Shown here: piece after piece, positions 29,862 through 39,960 of the stretch
Layout of the letters: each line of letters starts with the position of its first letter
How positions within the stretch are numbered: position 1 is the first letter of the stretch
NCBI GenBank assembly: GCA_023245335.1
Contig: JAHFKK010000001.1
Location: forward strand, 936,019-1,000,018
Reading direction: 5' to 3'
Source: Candidatus Gottesmanbacteria bacterium
Lineage (GTDB): Bacteria; Patescibacteriota; Microgenomatia; UBA10105; UBA927
Length of the DNA stretch: 64,000 nucleotides
Made by a program: the position numbers and the translations under genes
Notes under the pieces: generated by a model
Databases searched by the model: none
What the model was told of the DNA's origin: nothing
What the model saw: the letters and a program-made list of their open reading frames with translations, nothing else

Positions 29862-30841
29862 CTCAACTCAAGGCTGCCGGAAGCCCGAAGTTCCGTAAGT
29901 ATTGCAAGAATCTCTTCGGGGCTATTGGTCTCCATGCAACGCACCCGCCACTCGGTTGCGCCACGGAAGCCGGAAACGTAAATCTTAAAAAATTTACGGA
30001 GTATCGGGAAATTTTTACGGTCTTTCCACACCTCATCGAATAACCGTACGTGCCGTTCCATGATATCCAGGAGTTCCTTGGGCGTCCCTACATGGGGACC
30101 CGACCGGTCGAATGCCCACATATTATTAAATATCCCTCTGCCGATCATGACGCCGTCTACGCCATATGTTTGATGTTTTGCGATCGCATCTTTCACGTCC
30201 GCAACATCGCCGTTACCGACGATGACGGTAGGAATCTTCATCCTGTCCCGAATCTTCACCACTTTGCCTATTTCATCCCAGTGGGCCGGAACTTTCGACA
30301 GTTCTGCGACGGTCCGGCCATGTACCGTAAGTGCGTCTATTCCCTGCTCCAGAAGAAAGGTCAGCCACCGTTCGGTCACGATCGCCTTATTTCCTATCCG
30401 TGCTTTGACGCTCACCGGTATCGTTTTGCCCGCGGCTTTCACTCCATCTTTCATGGCCTGAATGACCGCTTTCGCAACATCGGGAGTGTCGATGAGGGCA
30501 CCGCCGGCACCGCCCTTCATGACCGTTTTGTCCGGACAACCGGTGTTTAAGTCGACGCCAACGAAACCCATACCCGCGATTGCTTTGGTAATCTCAAATA
30601 TCGTATCCGGATTCCTGCCCCAAATCTGGGCGATAATCGGCGACTCCACATCCGTAAACAACAACTTATCCCTGACTATGTCTCTCCCCGGCGAGCAATA
30701 GCCGTCCGCACTGGTAAACTCGCTGACGAAAAGATCCGGCCTTGCGATTTCCGCGACTATACGCCGAAATACCGTATCGGCAACCCCGTCAAGCGGGGCT
30801 AGGACAGTAAATGGCCGCGGGAGTGACTGCCAGATGTTCAT
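29858..30841 (-). CDS. dus: tRNA-dihydrouridine synthase
   Basis: LAPLDG, DLNTGCP, VSVKARIG, VHGRT, GNGD, MIGRG. Confidence 0.95.
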   Translation of the reverse strand: MNIWQSLPRPFTVLAPLDGVADTVFRRIVAEIARPDLFVSEFTSADGYCSPGRDIVRDKLLFTDVESPIIAQIWGRNPDTIFEITKAIAGMGFVGVDLNTGCPDKTVMKGGAGGALIDTPDVAKAVIQAMKDGVKAAGKTIPVSVKARIGNKAIVTERWLTFLLEQGIDALTVHGRTVAELSKVPAHWDEIGKVVKIRDRMKIPTVIVGNGDVADVKDAIAKHQTYGVDGVMIGRGIFNNMWAFDRSGPHVGTPKELLDIMERHVRLFDEVWKDRKNFPILRKFFKIYVSGFRGATEWRVRCMETNSPEEILAILTELRASGSLELS

Positions 30842-30946
30842 CGGGAAATTGTAGCACAGGAGGGAGAATCATAGAATGTGAGATATCTCGTTTACTTTTT
30901 CCTCCAAGATGAGTAACCTTATAGTAATCCTGAAAGGAATCACGCT

Positions 30947-32131
30947 ATGAAATTATTTATCCGCACCTGTATCGCCGTCCTCGCCCTTCCTCTCATCCTC
31001 GTGGCACCCGTTGCCGCACGGGGCACGAATCCCCCCAAAATCGTCATGCTCGAAAAAAATACCATCGTCAATCATGATTATTTCGCCGCAGGCGACTCTA
31101 TCACTGTCTCCGGTACCGTAAATGGCGATGCATATGTCGCGGGCGGCACGGTCACGATGAACGGGACGATCAATGGAGACTTATTTGTCGCGGGCGGCAC
31201 GGTCAACATAAGCGGCAACATATTGCATGACCTGCGGGCCGCAGGCGGCACCATCAATATAAGTGCACCTATTCCTGGAAACATCACGGTCGCCGGAGGC
31301 AATGTAAATGTCGCAAAAGATGCGCGTATCGGAGGAAGCATCCTTGCCGGTGCCGGAACTCTTGAACTTTTGAGCCCCGTCGGACGGGGCATGAACGTCG
31401 GCGCAGGTACGCTCACGATCGGCAACCGCGTCAATGGTGATGTCACCGCAGGAGCAGGCACCCTCTCAATGCTTCCCGATGCCACTGTCACGGGTAACCT
31501 CAATTATTGGAGCAAAAACGATGCGACTCTGGGGACGGGAGCCACAGTATCGGGCTTACTGGTACGTCACGAACCGCCTGCGAAGATGGAACGTAAACTC
31601 CCGGGGATGACGGCAGATAAGGGTATCGTCATGACGAAAGTATTCGCCGGCATATTCGCCGTATGGAGCGTCGTAAATTTCCTGGTCGCCTTCATCCTGG
31701 GCCTTATTATCTTTGCTGTTCTGCCGGTGTTTACCGGGAAAACGATCGACGCATTCCGGAAACAACCGCTTGCTGATTTTGGCATAGGATTACTGACGGT
31801 TATCGCGCTTCCGGTCCTTGCGATTGTCTTGTGTGTCACGATCATCGGTCTGCCGCTCGGAATTTTCCTGTTTGCGGCACTCGGATTACTCGTTGTAGTC
31901 GTGCACGTCTATATAGGACTCGCGTTGGGAACGATCATCATGGGTGGTCTCAAGATGAAATCCGGTCGGACACTCACCTACCTCGTCGGGTTAATCGTGC
32001 TTCTTATCGTATCGTTCATTCCCGTAGTGGGAGGACTCACGAAATCCATCCTGGGACTTATCGTCCTCGGCGCGCTCGTAACCCAAAAATACGAGGTCGC
32101 GAAACAGATGCGCGCAAAAAAACTGGTCTGA
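30947..32131 (+). CDS. Bactofilin-like beta-solenoid protein with C-terminal TM bundle
   Basis: Signal peptide, repeated G.V.GD.(F/Y).AGG.V.I units, about five C-terminal TM helices. Confidence 0.75.
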   Translation: MKLFIRTCIAVLALPLILVAPVAARGTNPPKIVMLEKNTIVNHDYFAAGDSITVSGTVNGDAYVAGGTVTMNGTINGDLFVAGGTVNISGNILHDLRAAGGTINISAPIPGNITVAGGNVNVAKDARIGGSILAGAGTLELLSPVGRGMNVGAGTLTIGNRVNGDVTAGAGTLSMLPDATVTGNLNYWSKNDATLGTGATVSGLLVRHEPPAKMERKLPGMTADKGIVMTKVFAGIFAVWSVVNFLVAFILGLIIFAVLPVFTGKTIDAFRKQPLADFGIGLLTVIALPVLAIVLCVTIIGLPLGIFLFAALGLLVVVVHVYIGLALGTIIMGGLKMKSGRTLTYLVGLIVLLIVSFIPVVGGLTKSILGLIVLGALVTQKYEVAKQMRAKKLV

Positions 32132-32152
32132 GAAACGCACGCAGGTCGGGAA

Positions 32153-32737
32153 TTACTTTTTCTCTGCAAGAATGAGTATCCATGGAAACGGAGTCAGTAT
32201 CTTCGTGACGGTAAATCCATGTGTTGCGACGAACTCGATGAATTGCGACCGCGTCCAGTGACGCAGATGTTCTGCCGGATTTCCCCAGCGGCGCCAATTT
32301 TTACCACGGACAAAATTTGCGACCCTGAACCACGGTTCGTTCGGCACCGACAGAAGGACATATTTTTTCGACACGCGACGAAGCTCCCGAAGCGCTTTGG
32401 CGGGTTGTGTAAGGTGCTCGAGCACTTCGTTACACAAGACGAGATCATACGATGCGTCCGGAGCGTGCAGTCCGTAGATATCCCCCTTGCCGATATCCAG
32501 CGCGGGCAGCTTCGCGCACGCGATCCCCAACGCCTGTTCCGATATGTCAATGCCCGTCAAATTCGCTCTTCGGACAACTAACCTCGCAAGCGTATATCCT
32601 TCTCCGCATCCGACGTCTATAATGCGCTCGGCGTGAACGGTATCGACCAATAGTAACAACTGGCGGTAAAAATTTTCTATGAGCATCCGCTGGATGGGAT
32701 TCTTGCTCTGGTGCTTCCCGTAGTTAGTGGATGTCAT
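32153..32737 (-). CDS. Class I SAM-dependent methyltransferase
   Basis: IDVGCGEG, EVLEHL, SVPNEP. Confidence 0.9.
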   Translation of the reverse strand: MTSTNYGKHQSKNPIQRMLIENFYRQLLLLVDTVHAERIIDVGCGEGYTLARLVVRRANLTGIDISEQALGIACAKLPALDIGKGDIYGLHAPDASYDLVLCNEVLEHLTQPAKALRELRRVSKKYVLLSVPNEPWFRVANFVRGKNWRRWGNPAEHLRHWTRSQFIEFVATHGFTVTKILTPFPWILILAEKK

Positions 32738-32741
32738 AGTA

Positions 32742-34391
32742 TTACCGCACCACCACCGCTTTATATACACTATGAGTGTGATCCGGCGCCTGAAAGGTAT
32801 AGACCGGCTGGTCTTTGGGAAATACATCCGTATTCCCGTTGACGATAACGAGTGACCCTTTTGGAAAAAAAGCTGCTGCATGCGGCAATTTCTTCACGTC
32901 GTCGGGTATGAAGACGAAGTACAGTGAACCAAACTGATATCCGTTGAGATTCCATACCGGTATCGTATGCGCGGTATTCTGATGGAAAACAGCCGGGGTG
33001 AGCCCGGTAAGAAACGCATATTGTGTCACCCAGGGAAGCGTCCCGTCAAAAAAGACATACGAGTATGCATACTGGTGTGCTACCCCGTAGCGTATAGCAT
33101 CGTTTTGTTCCTTTGACCACCATTCGGACGCATAGACCGGATAGTCAAAAAAATATGTGAACAGGTACGATGAGATATATACCGCAATGATGACTACGGT
33201 GCCGACTTTTGTCACCAGCTTCACCACCCCCTGATACCGCGAGACTCGGTCTAAAACGACACCGAGTCCATACGCGCTAAACATAATCGGCACCGGAAGC
33301 ATCATGACACTCCTATAAATATAACTGCCGGATGATAGCCCGCCCGGCAACGGACCGATGAGGAGCCACGAAAGAAGCAAATAACGTAACCTCTTCTTTT
33401 TTGTCCATACATAGAAGAAACCAAGAAAGAATAACGGAAGCTCAAACAAGTGATATTCTCCGTGATTTCCGACCGCGCGCTGCAGGTTCCCGGACCCGTT
33501 GACGAAAAACCAGTCCAGAGAAAAGATATTGACGTAACTCGTAAGGACATGTTTATACCCGACCGTCACTTTATTATGAAACAGGCGTGAAAGCCAGCGC
33601 GGCGCAGTACTCAATAGTTGTTCTCCTCCGGCAGTCGCTGCTATCTGTTGCGGATCGAAGACGCTCGATCGCTCATAATCATGAATCACGCCAGACGCAA
33701 AAATACGATACAGGACCGTCCCAAAAATTACCCAGAATATGAATGACGTTTTCAAAACCGACCACCGAATCGGCTGTATATGCGGCCACTTATAAATCGT
33801 CAAAACGATCAAAAATGGAACCAAAAAGAGCCTGGGCGCATCATATGAATATAAAGACAGTGCAAAAAGGGCAAACGACAGTGCGTATCGCCACATATGC
33901 CGTGAGGCCGTCAAAAAATAATACGTACCCGAAAGCACCAAGACCAGAGACAGTGATTCCAAAAGTCCCTGACGCGAAATCTGTATCGCCCAGGGATTCA
34001 CCGACATAAGAAACGCGGCAATAAGGGCAATACGCGTATCCCGGGTTAGGGACTTCACAATACCAAACAACGCGAGTATCGAGACGATGCCAAGGAGTGC
34101 CGACGGCAAACGATCCACGTATGTGTGTAGTCCGAACGCGCCTACAAACGGCACGAGTATCCAGCTGAGAAGCGAAGGGAACGTTCCGCCGATATTCGTA
34201 TCCCGAAATCCAACGAGCTTCACCTGACCGGATAAGTCTTTTCCGGTTTTGAGGAGACTATACGCCGTATAACCGGTAAGCGCCTCATCCGCGTGCAGTC
34301 CCGAGGGTATCGAATCCAACTGCCACAGCCGGATGAACCCTCCCGCAATGACAATAATCCCAAGTACATACCACACGACTCGTTTGGACAT
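32742..34391 (-). CDS. GT-C (family 39-like) glycosyltransferase
   Basis: P.GLHADE...GY.AYSLLKTGKD, multiple TM helices. Confidence 0.85.
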   Translation of the reverse strand: MSKRVVWYVLGIIVIAGGFIRLWQLDSIPSGLHADEALTGYTAYSLLKTGKDLSGQVKLVGFRDTNIGGTFPSLLSWILVPFVGAFGLHTYVDRLPSALLGIVSILALFGIVKSLTRDTRIALIAAFLMSVNPWAIQISRQGLLESLSLVLVLSGTYYFLTASRHMWRYALSFALFALSLYSYDAPRLFLVPFLIVLTIYKWPHIQPIRWSVLKTSFIFWVIFGTVLYRIFASGVIHDYERSSVFDPQQIAATAGGEQLLSTAPRWLSRLFHNKVTVGYKHVLTSYVNIFSLDWFFVNGSGNLQRAVGNHGEYHLFELPLFFLGFFYVWTKKKRLRYLLLSWLLIGPLPGGLSSGSYIYRSVMMLPVPIMFSAYGLGVVLDRVSRYQGVVKLVTKVGTVVIIAVYISSYLFTYFFDYPVYASEWWSKEQNDAIRYGVAHQYAYSYVFFDGTLPWVTQYAFLTGLTPAVFHQNTAHTIPVWNLNGYQFGSLYFVFIPDDVKKLPHAAAFFPKGSLVIVNGNTDVFPKDQPVYTFQAPDHTHSVYKAVVVR

Positions 34392-34462
34392 GATGATCGT
34401 AATAATAACATGAAAACAACCGGATGTACTCGAAATGACCCGCATTGGGTTACGGGTTTCCT

Positions 34463-35182
34463 TTATTCATCCGGTGTCTCGCCGGTTATGGTAACGAGTG
34501 TCCCCGGGTGATCTGCGGTCGCATAGGTCGTCGTCGTCGCAGTCACGGGATCGGCCCAGTCAAAAAGTTTCCCTGCATCCTCCGGCCGGATGTTTACGCA
34601 TCCGTGACTCATCGGATGCCCAAAATTATTATGCCAATACGCCCCATGTAGACTGAAGCCGGCACTTTTCGGTACTTGGTCGTTATAGAAAAACATCGTA
34701 TACGGTACGTTATAGAGGTTGTAATATGTCCCGTCCGCCTGATCCCCGCCTTCCATATGGGTATACCGGAGCTTTATCCATATATGGAAATCTCCCGTGG
34801 GTGTCGGATGCCACCTGCCGGAAGCGATGGGAAATGACATCGCGACATTACTCCCCTCATAGGCGGTCAGTGTTTGCGTCGAAAGGTCTACATAGATATG
34901 TTTGACCGCCGTCGTTTCCCCTAAAACCCTTGAGGACTTTTGGAGATTGGTAAGCGACGATGGGAGTGCGACACGCTCTCCCATAAACGTACTCGTCTTC
35001 CCCGGCTGAAAGCTACCGGTGAGATCATTGACACAGCTAATGGAGTTGGCACAGTAGGCAGTGCCATCAACGCGGAAAAGCAGCATATAGAGCGCAACAA
35101 CCACGATGATGAATCCTGTCAGGAGAAAAGCGACAAGAATCCAGGGTATATGCGTTCGTTTGGTTCGCTTCTTTTGTTTCAT
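34463..35182 (-). CDS. L,D-transpeptidase (YkuD)
   Basis: VDLSTQ, TPTG.F, HGAYWH...SHGCVN. Confidence 0.93.
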   Translation of the reverse strand: MKQKKRTKRTHIPWILVAFLLTGFIIVVVALYMLLFRVDGTAYCANSISCVNDLTGSFQPGKTSTFMGERVALPSSLTNLQKSSRVLGETTAVKHIYVDLSTQTLTAYEGSNVAMSFPIASGRWHPTPTGDFHIWIKLRYTHMEGGDQADGTYYNLYNVPYTMFFYNDQVPKSAGFSLHGAYWHNNFGHPMSHGCVNIRPEDAGKLFDWADPVTATTTTYATADHPGTLVTITGETPDE

Positions 35183-35189
35183 AGGTCAT

Positions 35190-35813
35190 CTACCGATGGG
35201 CAAGCTCGATAAAATTTCTCCCCCACATATCAAACCAATACGAGAACCCTATCGATTTATCCGCGGCGTAGGTCATGACATGGAGAAGCGACGGATCATC
35301 CCAACCCGTTACATCACGAAGTGCTACATCCGGCAATTTTTCATGAAAAATCTGAGAAACATCAACGGCAGGTTGTCCGTCGCCGAATGCTTCTCCGTTT
35401 GACTGAAAGACCTGAACCGAGAGCCCTTGGGGAGAAGTTATTTTTACAAAAACGAATTTATTATCCGGAGACCAGCTGTTCGGAGGCAGTATGAGGTCAT
35501 CTGACACTGGCAGGACGGTTTGATACAAAACGGTGCGGTTAGCTCCTGATATATCAGACGTCGTCACCACATACGCCGATTCGGTGGCCGTCAGGGTGAC
35601 CCGCTTCATGGTAAGCTTCCTGGTCCCGTCGGGCGCGTGTACGTCCGAAAGCGTCGTCGTGACATGCGTTGACGGCACGGATACCGGGGGCGCTTGCGAT
35701 ACCGCAAGGAGCGTAAACGGCAGTGTCCTATGTTGCGTCACTGCAATTGCCACGGTGATGATAACTAAACTGCCCACTGTTATAGCAAAATCCCTTAGAG
35801 TAAAGTGATTCAT
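35190..35813 (-). CDS. Membrane-anchored hypothetical protein (partial beta-propeller-like)
   Basis: N-terminal TM, APDG and WSPD motifs. Confidence 0.6.
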   Translation of the reverse strand: MNHFTLRDFAITVGSLVIITVAIAVTQHRTLPFTLLAVSQAPPVSVPSTHVTTTLSDVHAPDGTRKLTMKRVTLTATESAYVVTTSDISGANRTVLYQTVLPVSDDLILPPNSWSPDNKFVFVKITSPQGLSVQVFQSNGEAFGDGQPAVDVSQIFHEKLPDVALRDVTGWDDPSLLHVMTYAADKSIGFSYWFDMWGRNFIELAHR

Positions 35814-35816
35814 AGA

Positions 35817-36326
35817 TTATGACCGCAAGCCCAATGATTTGTGGACGCGGCGTTTTTTCGTCGTGCGGCGGGCGAAATTTTTAGACATGACACTTATGTT
35901 ACCGTCGATTTCCAGGACCGCCAAATCTACATCGGCAACTTTTTCTACGCCGTGCTCCCGGACCGCAGCCTCCAGCTCTTCGTAGCTAATTTCCGCCCGG
36001 CGCAGATGATCGTCATTTACCTTTCCCTTATAAATAATAAGGAGCGCCTCGCCCTGCAAGAAACGACTGATATGTCGTGACCGAAACAGGAGGTTTTTCA
36101 AAAGCCAGTTCGCGATGAATAAACCACTCGCCGCTGCGACCCCGCCAAGAAGCGACGTATTATCCCCCACCATGGCATTTTGCACGGCGTTGGACAAAAG
36201 AAGAATAAAAACCAGATCGATGATTGATAGCTGTGCGAGTTCTTTCTTGCCGAAAAGGCGTATGGCAAGGATGATAAACAGATAAATAACGATTGAGCGA
36301 CCTATAACGGCAAGAACGTCAACCAT
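35817..36326 (-). CDS. DUF421/YetF-family membrane protein
   Basis: R..GKKELAQL...D, LE.DG.ISV. Confidence 0.88.
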   Translation of the reverse strand: MVDVLAVIGRSIVIYLFIILAIRLFGKKELAQLSIIDLVFILLLSNAVQNAMVGDNTSLLGGVAAASGLFIANWLLKNLLFRSRHISRFLQGEALLIIYKGKVNDDHLRRAEISYEELEAAVREHGVEKVADVDLAVLEIDGNISVMSKNFARRTTKKRRVHKSLGLRS

Positions 36327-36410
36327 ATGATTGATTACTTCCCTGGTATCAGGGTACCGCGTTAGGCTCCGAAAGAAAAGGGTTATCTCCCGTACATCGG
36401 TTTATCACAC

Positions 36411-36442
36411 AAAAAAAGCGGCCCTTGAGGGGCCGCCTTTTT
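36411..36442. terminator. Intrinsic terminator (A run - GC stem - T run)
   Basis: AAAAAAA GCGGCCC TTGAG GGGCCGC CTTTTT downstream of the ECF locus. Confidence 0.8.
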
Positions 36443-36457
36443 CTGCGAATGATGTTT

Positions 36458-36919
36458 TTATTCCCGTCCGGACTGCAATTCCAATCCTTCGTGTAAACCC
36501 TGGTTTGCATGATTACCAAACTGTCCCCGCTCTTCCGTCTGCACATTCACGCCCTTCGAATGCTCATCCTGTTCGGATGATTCTCCCTCGTCTTCCTCTT
36601 CATCGCCGCCCCGTATAATCGAGTGCAGGAATCCGGTCGGAATCGGCGTGATGGTCGGCGTAGGACTGACCGTTACTTCCGTGGTCGGCGTAGGCGTAGG
36701 ACTAATTCCCGTCGCTGACGTAGGAGTTGGTGTCGATGTCGGACTGTCTGTCGGACTGGGTGTTATGTCGTCATTGGCGGATACCGTTGCCTGCGTATGG
36801 ACGCCGCCCAATAATTCGCTATTGTGATTAAACGCAACGATTGCCCCGAGACCTCCTAATCCGACAAACGCAGATAACAAAAGACTGGCAAGTGATACAA
36901 ACCCATTTTGTGCTTTCAT
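36458..36919 (-). CDS. Membrane-anchored Thr/Pro-rich protein with acidic tail
   Basis: SD AAGGAGG; QNGF followed by a hydrophobic helix; PTPT repeats. Confidence 0.7.
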   Translation of the reverse strand: MKAQNGFVSLASLLLSAFVGLGGLGAIVAFNHNSELLGGVHTQATVSANDDITPSPTDSPTSTPTPTSATGISPTPTPTTEVTVSPTPTITPIPTGFLHSIIRGGDEEEDEGESSEQDEHSKGVNVQTEERGQFGNHANQGLHEGLELQSGRE

Positions 36920-36982
36920 ACATGCCTCCTTTAAAAGGAAAACCGCATTGTATTCGGTCTTCGTGTAAAGTAGTAACGAATG

Positions 36983-37002
36983 AGGAGCGTATTCGTAACA
37001 GC
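36983..37002 (-). promoter_or_regulatory. ECF-type promoter -35/spacer, copy 2 (the TCGTT -10 lies immediately downstream on the minus strand)
   Basis: GCTGTTACGAA-N12-TCGTT, same motif and spacing as upstream of the ECF gene. Confidence 0.6.
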
Positions 37003-37005
37003 GGA

Positions 37006-37752
37006 TCATTCATCCCGTGATGTCTCGCCTTTTTGATCGCCGGAGCGCGGAATTTCGATCTGGATTCCCTTCACGTCCGCAGGCGGCGTGGCGGACAGAT
37101 CAACGTGTTGCAGTTCAATCGTCGGATGCGGGGTTATCTCGGGAGTCGGATGCCTATCGCCCGATTGCCTGCCTTCTTCATGATTTTTTCCATCGTCTGA
37201 CTTCGTATCAGTACCACCGTGTTGTGTAGATTGCCGGAAAGACTCCAGCGTCTTTTCTGCAGCCTTTGCATGCGTCTCCACCTCGGAAGCATCGACGCCC
37301 TTTGCTTGTTCCATGGAATGTACCGTATCGTTAAAAGACGACACGGCACGCTCGACATCTTCGCTGGTCCTGTCATCCCTACCATCCGTTACCTCCTGCA
37401 CGCGCCTATCAATAAGAATCGTTGCAACAGACGTCTTGAGCCCTGTCGTTGGCGCGAGATGGAGAGCCGCCTGTTCGCTTGCGGTTTTTATGGGATAGAG
37501 CGGGTTTCCGGGCTTACTATACTGCGCGGCATATACAACCGCGCCGCCGACAAAGACCGATGCCAGGGCAAATCCCCCAACCAAACGCGCGATATGATAC
37601 GTGAGATGTATGCGCTCAAGTATCGAAGCCCGCCTTCCGATGAATGCCGTATTCATGAGCCGTATGCGCGCATTTTCCTGAAACGTCGCCCGGGGCGCTG
37701 CCTCAGGAATAGTTTTCATCGTCCGCAATATGTCTTCTAGCGATTGTTTCAT
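37006..37752 (-). CDS. Putative membrane anti-sigma factor (DUF5667-like)
   Basis: Coupled to the ECF gene; N-terminal P...F....R helix, TM, A..S.PG.PLYPIK..SE motif. Confidence 0.75.
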   Translation of the reverse strand: MKQSLEDILRTMKTIPEAAPRATFQENARIRLMNTAFIGRRASILERIHLTYHIARLVGGFALASVFVGGAVVYAAQYSKPGNPLYPIKTASEQAALHLAPTTGLKTSVATILIDRRVQEVTDGRDDRTSEDVERAVSSFNDTVHSMEQAKGVDASEVETHAKAAEKTLESFRQSTQHGGTDTKSDDGKNHEEGRQSGDRHPTPEITPHPTIELQHVDLSATPPADVKGIQIEIPRSGDQKGETSRDE

Positions 37753-38291
37753 ACCCGCAAAATCTCCTTAAGTTTCTGTATCGCCCGACTCTGGAGGACC
37801 CGGACATGACTCACGGGTTTTTCCAAAATCCGACTAATCTCTTCATTATCCAGCTCTTCAATAAATTTGAGGACAATAATCTCGCCGTAGGTCTCCGGCA
37901 ACTTCGGGATGGCGCTGCGGACGTCCTCCATCTGCAATGCGGTCACTGTCTGCTCCTCGGGAGATGTGCCGGGATCAGGAACATGTAATGCCTCCTCAAG
38001 CGGAACGACCGCTACCTTATGTTCCCGATAAAAATCAATAATCATATTACGCGCAATGCGGAAAACCCATGCTTCAAACGGAATTCCCCGCTCGTCAAAC
38101 TGACCGATATGCTCAAATATCCGCACGAATATCTGCTCGGTCAGATCTTCTGCATCTTCCCGGCTCGTGACACGAAAATAGACGAACCGATAGACACGTG
38201 CGACTAACGCGTCGTAGAGTTCGCCCAGAGCCGACCGATCGGCAGCCTTGCAGCGAGCGACGATATGATCGATAGTACTATCTCTCCTCAT
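37749..38291 (-). CDS. ECF RNA polymerase sigma factor
   Basis: DAEDLTEQIF, F.AW.FRIARN..ID, region 4 EIS.IL...V.VLQSRA..KL. Confidence 0.95.
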   Translation of the reverse strand: MRRDSTIDHIVARCKAADRSALGELYDALVARVYRFVYFRVTSREDAEDLTEQIFVRIFEHIGQFDERGIPFEAWVFRIARNMIIDFYREHKVAVVPLEEALHVPDPGTSPEEQTVTALQMEDVRSAIPKLPETYGEIIVLKFIEELDNEEISRILEKPVSHVRVLQSRAIQKLKEILRV

Positions 38292-38298
38292 ATACTGA

Positions 38299-38326
38299 AA
38301 CGAGACGCAGCCGATTTCGTAACAGC
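38299..38326 (-). promoter_or_regulatory. ECF-type autoregulatory promoter, copy 1
   Basis: GCTGTTACGAA-ATCGGCTGCGTC-TCGTT, 7 nt before the sigma ATG. Confidence 0.65.
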
Positions 38327-38384
38327 ATCATACCAAATTCAGCCTACTTCGGGCGATCGCCTAAGTGATACAATCACCTCACCC

Positions 38385-39959
38385 ATGAGGACTCACCGGA
38401 TACTTTGGCTCATCGCGCTTCTATTTTTGGTCATCGGGTGCCTCACGATACATGACTACAACATCACCTGGGACGAACCCGAGAATTTCATGATCGGCAG
38501 GATTTACTTCAACGCATACCTCCATCCGCTTTCAGACATCCTTGCACACCCGACGACACTCCCAATCCCTCCACCCCTGCCTTTCCGAACGGAAACGCAT
38601 TATGAACGATATCCGCCGTTTGCGGACACGCTCGCCTCCATTACCTCGTTCGCCCTTGGTGAGCGCGCAAAGCTCCTCGATCCTATCGCGGCCCATCATC
38701 TCACCGCAGTTATATTCGGATCTCTTGCCATACTTACGACCGGACTCATCACCGTCGAGCTGACCGAGTCCCCGATTGCCGCTATAGTCGCCGCACTCGC
38801 GCTTGCCACCTATCCGCTGTTTATCGGGTTAAGCCACACCGACATCAAAGACGTACCGGGGGCCGCGATGTTTACGCTCACGATATATACGATTCTTCGC
38901 GCTATCAAAAAGAAATCATACATCACCACACTTATCGCGGGTATGACGTGGGGTATGGCTCTGGCAACAAAAGTTTCAAATACGTTTGCACCGGTTGTTA
39001 TCGCCGTCACGCTTCTTCTGACAATGCGTGTATGGCATCGCCGCCTTCTCCATCAGTCGATAAACCATGTCGTACTTTTTTCCCTGGCAGGTGGCACGTC
39101 ACTTCTCGCTGCTTGGCCCTGGCTTATCACGGACACTATCCCACACCTATTATTAATTTATCAGTATATAAACGAGGTTGGGAGAGGATTACCTGTGTTG
39201 TTCGCCGGCCGAGTCTATCACGCCGGTATTGATACACCTTGGTATTATGCGCCAGTATCTATTGCTGTCGTCACTCCTATCCCCATGCTTCTTGCCGCTA
39301 TCTTAGGTATCGGGGTAAGTATTCATCGCCAAAAAAATGAACAGGGAAAGCCTCTCCTCCTGCTTCCGGTCGTTTGGGTATGTATCATACTTACTCGCTA
39401 TCTCTTTCCGTCTATCACTGTCTACAACGGTATACGACAATTTTTGGAAGTTATACCTGCTATAGCCATACTGACCGGCATCGGCGTCGGTTGGATCATA
39501 CGGAAATTCGGAACTATGACACGATTTTCCCCAATATTGACGGCACTTACTCTCGCGGTTCTTTTTATTCCGACCGCACGAAACGACGTCGTATTACATC
39601 CGTATGAGATGCTCTATTTCAACAGAATGAGCGGCGGAATCCAAAAAGCCTCAACAACGTATGAATTCGACTATTGGGGATTTTCTGCCGGCGAACTGGT
39701 TAAACGCGTCAACGCATTGCCCGAAGTCCAGGGGAAAACGGTAAATATAAATTGGCTGGATTTCCCGTCCTGGTATTTCCCTGATAACCGCCTTACATTC
39801 GTCCCGAGTGACGCAAGCCCCGATTACGTGATCGTGCCTCATTCCGAAAACTTTTTTGTAGGCGCCAAAACATACTGGGACACACACGGGAGACGTCTCT
39901 ACACCATAACACGGGTGGGCGCTGAAGTCGGCTACCTGTACGAGGCGGTGAAACCCTGA
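38385..39959 (+). CDS. GT-C (PMT/ArnT-like) glycosyltransferase
   Basis: TWDE loop, KD.P, multiple TM helices, DYWG. Confidence 0.85.
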   Translation: MRTHRILWLIALLFLVIGCLTIHDYNITWDEPENFMIGRIYFNAYLHPLSDILAHPTTLPIPPPLPFRTETHYERYPPFADTLASITSFALGERAKLLDPIAAHHLTAVIFGSLAILTTGLITVELTESPIAAIVAALALATYPLFIGLSHTDIKDVPGAAMFTLTIYTILRAIKKKSYITTLIAGMTWGMALATKVSNTFAPVVIAVTLLLTMRVWHRRLLHQSINHVVLFSLAGGTSLLAAWPWLITDTIPHLLLIYQYINEVGRGLPVLFAGRVYHAGIDTPWYYAPVSIAVVTPIPMLLAAILGIGVSIHRQKNEQGKPLLLLPVVWVCIILTRYLFPSITVYNGIRQFLEVIPAIAILTGIGVGWIIRKFGTMTRFSPILTALTLAVLFIPTARNDVVLHPYEMLYFNRMSGGIQKASTTYEFDYWGFSAGELVKRVNALPEVQGKTVNINWLDFPSWYFPDNRLTFVPSDASPDYVIVPHSENFFVGAKTYWDTHGRRLYTITRVGAEVGYLYEAVKP

Positions 39960-39960
39960 T

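Noticed and set aside
31134-31204. Direct repeat TGTCGCGGGCGGCACGGTCA
   Set aside because: Reflects the protein's beta-solenoid repeats (VAGGTV), not a mobile or regulatory repeat.
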